Shown here one piece after another: positions 59,097 through 64,000 of a stretch of 64,000 nucleotides of DNA. The stretch is from an uncultured bacterium (GTDB lineage Bacteria; Auribacterota; Erginobacteria; Erginobacterales; Erginobacteraceae): positions 160,001-224,000 of the forward strand of contig CAWGIE010000007.1 of assembly GCA_963822585.1 (NCBI GenBank), in the 5' to 3' direction. How positions within the stretch are numbered: the first letter of the stretch is position 1; every line of letters begins with the position of its first letter. Both the position numbers and the translations under genes were made by a program. The notes below the pieces were generated by a model. It saw nothing but the letters and a program-made list of their open reading frames with translations. It was not told the DNA's origin and searched no databases.

Positions 59097-59265
59097 TAGT
59101 CTGACCAGCCGAATATTCAAACCACGAAGGACACGAAGTTCACGAAGGGGATAAAATCCTGGAGTCGTTATTCTCCTTCAAATCTTTCTTCGTGTTCTTC
59201 GTGATCTTCGTGGTAATTTATTCATTCAGATTATTAATACCGGCCTAAATCCATATGAGGAGAAT

Positions 59266-59742
59266 GTGATGAAAATGCATGACCTGTCACACTGGTCGGA
59301 GGACGGGAATCTGCGGATGATCGACGTCTCCGGGAAGACACCCTCTTTGCGAACGGCGGAAGCATCCGGGAAGATTCTGATCAAAGAAGAGACGATCGCT
59401 CTGATCAGGGCCGGCAAGACACCCAAGGGCGATATCTTCACTGTCGCCAAGATCGCGGGGATACAGGCGGCCAAGCAAACGCCCTTCCTGATCCCGATGT
59501 GCCATAACCTGAATATCACCCATTGCGACATCCGCTTCCAGGTGGAAAAAAACGCGGTCTCGGTAACCACAACCGTGAAGACCGAGAACCGGACCGGGGT
59601 CGAGATGGAGGCGCTGGTCGGGACGGCGGCGGCCCTGCTCGCCATCTACGACATGCTCAAACCCGTCGACAAGACTATGGTGATAACCGATATCGAACTG
59701 ATGAAAAAAACGGGAGGGAAAAGCGGTGACTGGAAAAAATAA
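59266..59742 (+). CDS. moaC: Cyclic pyranopterin monophosphate synthase
   Basis: MIDVSGK, LIPMCH, TGVEMEAL, IYDM.K, KTGGKSG. Confidence 0.95.
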   Translation: MMKMHDLSHWSEDGNLRMIDVSGKTPSLRTAEASGKILIKEETIALIRAGKTPKGDIFTVAKIAGIQAAKQTPFLIPMCHNLNITHCDIRFQVEKNAVSVTTTVKTENRTGVEMEALVGTAAALLAIYDMLKPVDKTMVITDIELMKKTGGKSGDWKK

Positions 59743-60226
59743 CTATACCGCCGCCGTTCTCACGATCTCTACCGGCTGCGCGAAAGGAGAGCGGGAAGAC
59801 ACCAGTGGGCCGGCTTTGCAGGAAATCTGCCGGAAGATCGGCCTGGGGGTCATCGAGACCGGCCTGGTCCCCGATGACAGCGAGGCCATCCGGGAAAAAC
59901 TGCTCTTTTTCTGCAATGAACGCCGGGCGGATCTCGTTCTCACCACCGGGGGGACCGGCCCCGGCCCGCACGACATAACCCCCGAGGAAACGGGGTTCCT
60001 CTGCGACCGGCTCATCCCCGGCATCCCCGAGCTGATGCGCTCGGAAGGAGGCAAGAAAAACCCGCGGGCGTACCTTTCCCGGGGGATCGCCGGCATCCGG
60101 GGGAGGAGTCTCATCATCAACCTTCCCGGTTCCCCGGACGGGGTCCGGGAATCGCTGGGGGCGATCGCGGGGGTCCTTATCCACGCTCTGGACATGATCT
60201 CCGGCGGCGGACATGATGAACAGTAA
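59726..60226 (+). CDS. MogA/MoaB-family molybdopterin adenylyltransferase
   Basis: REDTSGP, VPDD, LTTGGTG....DITPE, IINLPGSP. Confidence 0.92.
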   Translation: MTGKNNYTAAVLTISTGCAKGEREDTSGPALQEICRKIGLGVIETGLVPDDSEAIREKLLFFCNERRADLVLTTGGTGPGPHDITPEETGFLCDRLIPGIPELMRSEGGKKNPRAYLSRGIAGIRGRSLIINLPGSPDGVRESLGAIAGVLIHALDMISGGGHDEQ

Positions 60227-60300
60227 TCGGTAATCGGTGATCAGTTATCAGTGGCAGCCTCGCCGAGTACTGATCACTGATCACTGATTACTGATCACTG
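60221..60300. repeat. Inverted pair of TAATCGG/TGATCAG heptamer patches between convergent genes
   Basis: CAGTAATCGGTAATCGGTGATCAGTTATCAG ... CTGATCACTGATCACTGATTACTGATCACTG. Confidence 0.85.
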
Positions 60301-61143
60301 TTTTTGACACGACGGGCAATAATGCGCGGTCCGGCCGGCGATCCGCTCCGTGCTGACGGGAACGCCGCAGGAGGGGCACGGTTTTCCTTTCCGCTGGTAG
60401 ACGTTGAGGCGGTCCTGAAAGCGTCCCAGTTCACCGGCGGTGGTAAGGTACCCCCGGTCGGCGGCGCTTGTCCCCTGGAGCCGGATGGCTTCCTTCAATA
60501 CCTCCCGGATACTCCTGAACAGCCGCTCAATCTCTTTCCCGGTCAGATCGCAGCTCTTCCGGAGCGGATGAATCCGCGCCCGGAAGAGCGCTTCATCGGT
60601 ATAGATATTTCCCAGGCCGGCGATCACCTTCTGGTCGAGGAGGACCGCCTTGATCGGAGCCCGGCGTTCCCTGACCTTCTCCTCCAGGCGCCCGGGCGTG
60701 AAATCTTTCCGGAGGGGTTCCGGGCCCAGCCGGGAAGGATCGACCCGGACGTCCCCGGCTTTCTCCGAGAAGAGATAAATTTCTCCGAACTTGCGGGGAT
60801 CGACAAAACAGAGGCGCCCGGCGCCGTCGATCCGCGCAATCAGCCGGGTATGCGGGGGGAGTTTACCGCGGGGAGGACGGAGGAGAAGCTGGCCGCTCAT
60901 CCCCAGATGAACGATCAGGGTTTCATCTTCGTTCAGCCGAAAAAGCAGGTACTTGCCCCGGCGGCGGATATCGATGATCTTTCGTCCGGATAAACGCCGG
61001 ATGATCCCTTCCCCGCCCGGGTAGCGTCGAAGGAGACGGACCCCCCGGGGGTCGGGAGGGATGACAACCCGCCGGATGGTTCTTCCCCGGAGACGGGGGA
61101 GGAGTTCTCTTCGAATGGTTTCGACTTCCGGCAATTCAGGCAT
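60295..61143 (-). CDS. mutM: Formamidopyrimidine-DNA glycosylase
   Basis: MPELPEVE, RRGKYL, HLGMSG, DPRKFG, GLGNIY.DE.LF, CxxC...CxxCQ. Confidence 0.97.
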   Translation of the reverse strand: MPELPEVETIRRELLPRLRGRTIRRVVIPPDPRGVRLLRRYPGGEGIIRRLSGRKIIDIRRRGKYLLFRLNEDETLIVHLGMSGQLLLRPPRGKLPPHTRLIARIDGAGRLCFVDPRKFGEIYLFSEKAGDVRVDPSRLGPEPLRKDFTPGRLEEKVRERRAPIKAVLLDQKVIAGLGNIYTDEALFRARIHPLRKSCDLTGKEIERLFRSIREVLKEAIRLQGTSAADRGYLTTAGELGRFQDRLNVYQRKGKPCPSCGVPVSTERIAGRTAHYCPSCQKQ

Positions 61144-61192
61144 TTTTCATTTTCTCCTATCCTGTTTAACAGGATAGGAGAAAATGAAAAAT
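61142..61192. repeat. Perfect 25-bp inverted repeat over the mutM translation start
   Basis: ATTTTTCATTTTCTCCTATCCTGTT-T-AACAGGATAGGAGAAAATGAAAAAT. Confidence 0.9.
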
Positions 61193-61248
61193 CAGGGAAG
61201 CAAATAGTCGGCGGGACAATCCCGGCGCGGACTCAGAGGCGGGATCGA

Positions 61249-62601
61249 TCAGGACAGGGCGGCTTCAATAACGTCGGCCTGCTGCAAGCTGCTCCGGGCC
61301 CCTTCCCAGTCTCCCAGGTTCTTGTAGGCGCGCGCCAGGACCCGGTAGCCTTTTATCTTGTCCCGGATAAACTTTTCCGGCGTGCGCTCAAGCTGCCCGT
61401 TCAGCATCTCGATCGCCTTCAGGGGATAGCCCTTGAAGATCTCCACCTCAGCCTCGGCGACAACGATCCGCGAGTTGTTGGGAAACATCCGGGCCAGTTC
61501 TTTCAAAACCCGTCCGGCGGTCGTCATCTCCCGCTCTTCGATCTTCTCTTCCGCCAGTTGGATGAAGGCAAGGTAGGCGTCGGGAGCGGAATGCAGCGAG
61601 CCGGAGAGAAGCCGGCAGAAAGCAGCATCCTCCTCCCGGCCCAAGCGGCCCTGGGCTTCTCCCAAAAGACGATACCCTCTTTCCAGTTCCCACCGGTAGT
61701 AATAGGCCGTGCCCCGAATCCCGGAACGGAGGGCCTCCTCCGCGGCGGCGTTCTCCCCCTGGAGAAGGGCGATCTCTCCCCGGGCCAGGGCGGCCCGGGA
61801 GTTACTGGAATACAGCTTCTCGATCTTTTCCAGGACCGCGGCGGCGTTCTCCAGGTCTCCTTCCTCGATGGCGAACTCGCAAAGGTTGATCAGGGCGGCA
61901 AAGGAGTTCGGCTTCTCCTTCAGAATGATATCGATCTGTTTCCGGGCGGCGGCATATTTCCTCTGCCGGGCGTAGGCCAGAGCCAGTGTCAACCGGAGTT
62001 CGATCGTGCCCTCTTCCAGGGAAAGGGCTTTCTCCAGCCAGTGGGCGGCCTCCTTAAAGTGATCCGCCTTGAAATGAAATCGGCCCAGGTCGCGGCTGCG
62101 GCGGGAGGTGACACCGTATCTTTTTACCAGCTTTTTCAATGCCCGGAGCGTCCCCGGTATGTCCATGGCCTCTTTGCAGACAAAGACAAGCCTCTCCAGG
62201 CTCTTTTCCAGCAGCGGGTCGTCTTCCGGGACCCGGTGGTACATATTAACCGCCTTGGTCACCTGGCCGGAGCGAACATAGAGACGCTCCAACTTTTCAT
62301 AAGCCAGGAAACTATCAGGGAAGAGATTTTTCACCCGGCGCCAGGTCCGGGCGGCGGCGGTCGAACAGCCCCCCGCCTGCTGGGCCCGGGCCAGATTTTC
62401 GAGGAGACCCTGGTCGTCGGGCAGTTCTTTGAGCCCGGCCCGGAGAACCCGGGCAGCCTGGCGATGAGACTCCATCCCGATCAGAATACGGGCCATTTGT
62501 TTGTATGTTGACGCGCGATCCGGGGTTTCAGCGAGTTCATCACAGAGTTTTTTCAGCGCGGGATTCAGCATCTTTTTCGGCAGTTGCAGAGTGGTGGTCA
62601 T
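61249..62601 (-). CDS. Tetratricopeptide-repeat protein
   Basis: AAGGAG before ATG 62601; repeated helical TPR-like units. Confidence 0.8.
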   Translation of the reverse strand: MTTTLQLPKKMLNPALKKLCDELAETPDRASTYKQMARILIGMESHRQAARVLRAGLKELPDDQGLLENLARAQQAGGCSTAAARTWRRVKNLFPDSFLAYEKLERLYVRSGQVTKAVNMYHRVPEDDPLLEKSLERLVFVCKEAMDIPGTLRALKKLVKRYGVTSRRSRDLGRFHFKADHFKEAAHWLEKALSLEEGTIELRLTLALAYARQRKYAAARKQIDIILKEKPNSFAALINLCEFAIEEGDLENAAAVLEKIEKLYSSNSRAALARGEIALLQGENAAAEEALRSGIRGTAYYYRWELERGYRLLGEAQGRLGREEDAAFCRLLSGSLHSAPDAYLAFIQLAEEKIEEREMTTAGRVLKELARMFPNNSRIVVAEAEVEIFKGYPLKAIEMLNGQLERTPEKFIRDKIKGYRVLARAYKNLGDWEGARSSLQQADVIEAALS

Positions 62602-62680
62602 CGTATACTCCTTCGAAATCAGTACCTCGCCCCCGCTCGTGGGGGGCGAATGAACATGATCTTGCGTCTCCGCAGATCCG

Positions 62681-64000
62681 TCATTGAGAGACGGCGGATA
62701 GTTCACGGGCCTGCCGGCGGAAACGGTCGGCTTCATCCGTCATCCCTTTCTCGCCATACAATTCCGCCATCAGTTCCAGACCTCTGATTTTGTCATTCAT
62801 GTAACGCGGGTTGTTCTCCTTGCTCGCCCGCTCGGCAAACGAGATCGCCGCGTCGATCATTCCCCGGATCCGGGCGATCTCCGCTTTCTTGATATAAGCC
62901 AGGGAGTTCATCGGGAACCGGGCCAGCAAACCGTCCGCGACCTTCTCGGCCATATCCAGATTCCCGGCCGCGATCCGCTCGTCGGCGATAGCGATGGTGG
63001 TCTTGAAGAAATCGCCGCAGCCCTTGATCCTCTCGGCCATCAGCTTATGGTAGCGGGCCTCTTCCTTGTTGCCGAGCGCTTTGTGCGCCTCCGCCTGGAC
63101 CTGGTGACCAAGGCTTAATTCATCCGTGTAATAGAAGGGAGTGGTGGAGGCGCCTTGCCGGCAGAGCGCGAGCGCCTCTTCCGGGTGGCCCTGTTTCAAA
63201 AGGATATGGGCCCGGTTGATCATGACCCGGGAATTTCCCGGAAAACGGATATCGATCTTCTTCAGATGCTGCTCGGCGGAATCAAAGAGCCCGTCCTCGA
63301 TATCCATCTCCGCCAGCTGGATGTGCGACCCATACCAGCCCGGGCTGTAGTTTAAAATCGTCTCAAACGTTTTCCGGGCTTTCTTCCGCAGGCCGGATTT
63401 GCGCGTGGAGACCCCGATCATCAATTCCAGATCGGGGTTCCGGGGCTTGAACTTCAATGCCTTCTTGTAATAAACGATCGATTGCCGGAGATTGCCGGTC
63501 TTCTCGTAGAGTCGCCCCAGGTCCTTGAGACGCGCGTAATCGGGCCCGCATTCGGCGATGAGAAGTTTCAGGTCGCGGCGCGCGGAGGTGAAGTTCTGGA
63601 GGTCGGTCTCCAGCCTGACCAGCCGCTTGAGGGCGCGTTCCCGCTGGGGATTTCCCTTCTTGACCGTGCGGTAGATCTTGATCATTTCCTTACCGCGCCC
63701 CTGCTTCCGGTACATCCGTTCCAGCCGCTCGTAGAAAATGAGCGTATCCGGATATTCCCGTATCAGCTGCCGGTAATTGCGGACGGCCATCCGGGTGTTG
63801 CCGGCGGCTTCATACAGCCGGGCAATTTGCTTCTTCGTCTCCCTGATCTCTCCGATTTGGTCCGGGGGTATTTTCTTCAAGGCCAGCCGGAGAATGGCAA
63901 GCGCTCCGGAGAATCGTTTCCGCTTTTCCATCAGGCGGCTGAGACGGCGATATCGGGAGAGACGGCCGGGGGTTTGGGAGATGTCTTTCCAGAGCTGAGT
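62681..64000 (-). CDS. Tetratricopeptide-repeat protein, paralogue of the downstream gene (5' end beyond window)
   Basis: Frame is open to the edge (TQLWKDISQTPGRLSRYRRLSRL-MEK...) and aligns with KLCDELAETPDRASTYKQMARIL of the paralogue. Confidence 0.8.
   Translation of the reverse strand, partial: TQLWKDISQTPGRLSRYRRLSRLMEKRKRFSGALAILRLALKKIPPDQIGEIRETKKQIARLYEAAGNTRMAVRNYRQLIREYPDTLIFYERLERMYRKQGRGKEMIKIYRTVKKGNPQRERALKRLVRLETDLQNFTSARRDLKLLIAECGPDYARLKDLGRLYEKTGNLRQSIVYYKKALKFKPRNPDLELMIGVSTRKSGLRKKARKTFETILNYSPGWYGSHIQLAEMDIEDGLFDSAEQHLKKIDIRFPGNSRVMINRAHILLKQGHPEEALALCRQGASTTPFYYTDELSLGHQVQAEAHKALGNKEEARYHKLMAERIKGCGDFFKTTIAIADERIAAGNLDMAEKVADGLLARFPMNSLAYIKKAEIARIRGMIDAAISFAERASKENNPRYMNDKIRGLELMAELYGEKGMTDEADRFRRQARELSAVSQ

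Noticed and set aside
1..64000. Specific taxonomic assignment
   Set aside because: Gene content suggests an anaerobic diderm, possibly PVC-related, but no marker gene is present to support a name.

Overview
GC-rich chromosomal segment of a diderm, probably anaerobic bacterium. About 65 CDS, no rRNA, tRNA, CRISPR array, transposase or integrase gene recognised. Main gene blocks: end of an L-Ara4N-type lipid modification cluster (arnD, arnT); a co-oriented sulfur/Fe-S/NAD/thiamine cluster (MerR regulator, cysK, aspartate-semialdehyde sulfurtransferase plus NIL-ferredoxin, nifS, nifU, nadA, thi4, thiE); tkt and pgm; a nucleotidyltransferase-TPM-LemA triad; a six-gene envelope operon (PEGA and CsgG/FlgT-like proteins, YcfL, LpoB, beta-barrel, COG3014); an AmgK/MurU-like pair; msrAB; moaA-moaC-mog; mutM; two TPR paralogues. 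The most unusual signal is non-coding. Two related ~160-bp AT-rich elements (21151-21312 and 50331-50489, about 74% identical by hand count) each end in an integron attI-like L-5nt-R site. Each precedes an AT-rich lipoprotein gene followed by a complete or truncated attC, with no integrase nearby. The intergenic DNA is also full of several families of micro-repeats, palindromes and nested hairpin insertions that cluster at start and stop codons. All calls come from reading motifs by eye; no database search was run.
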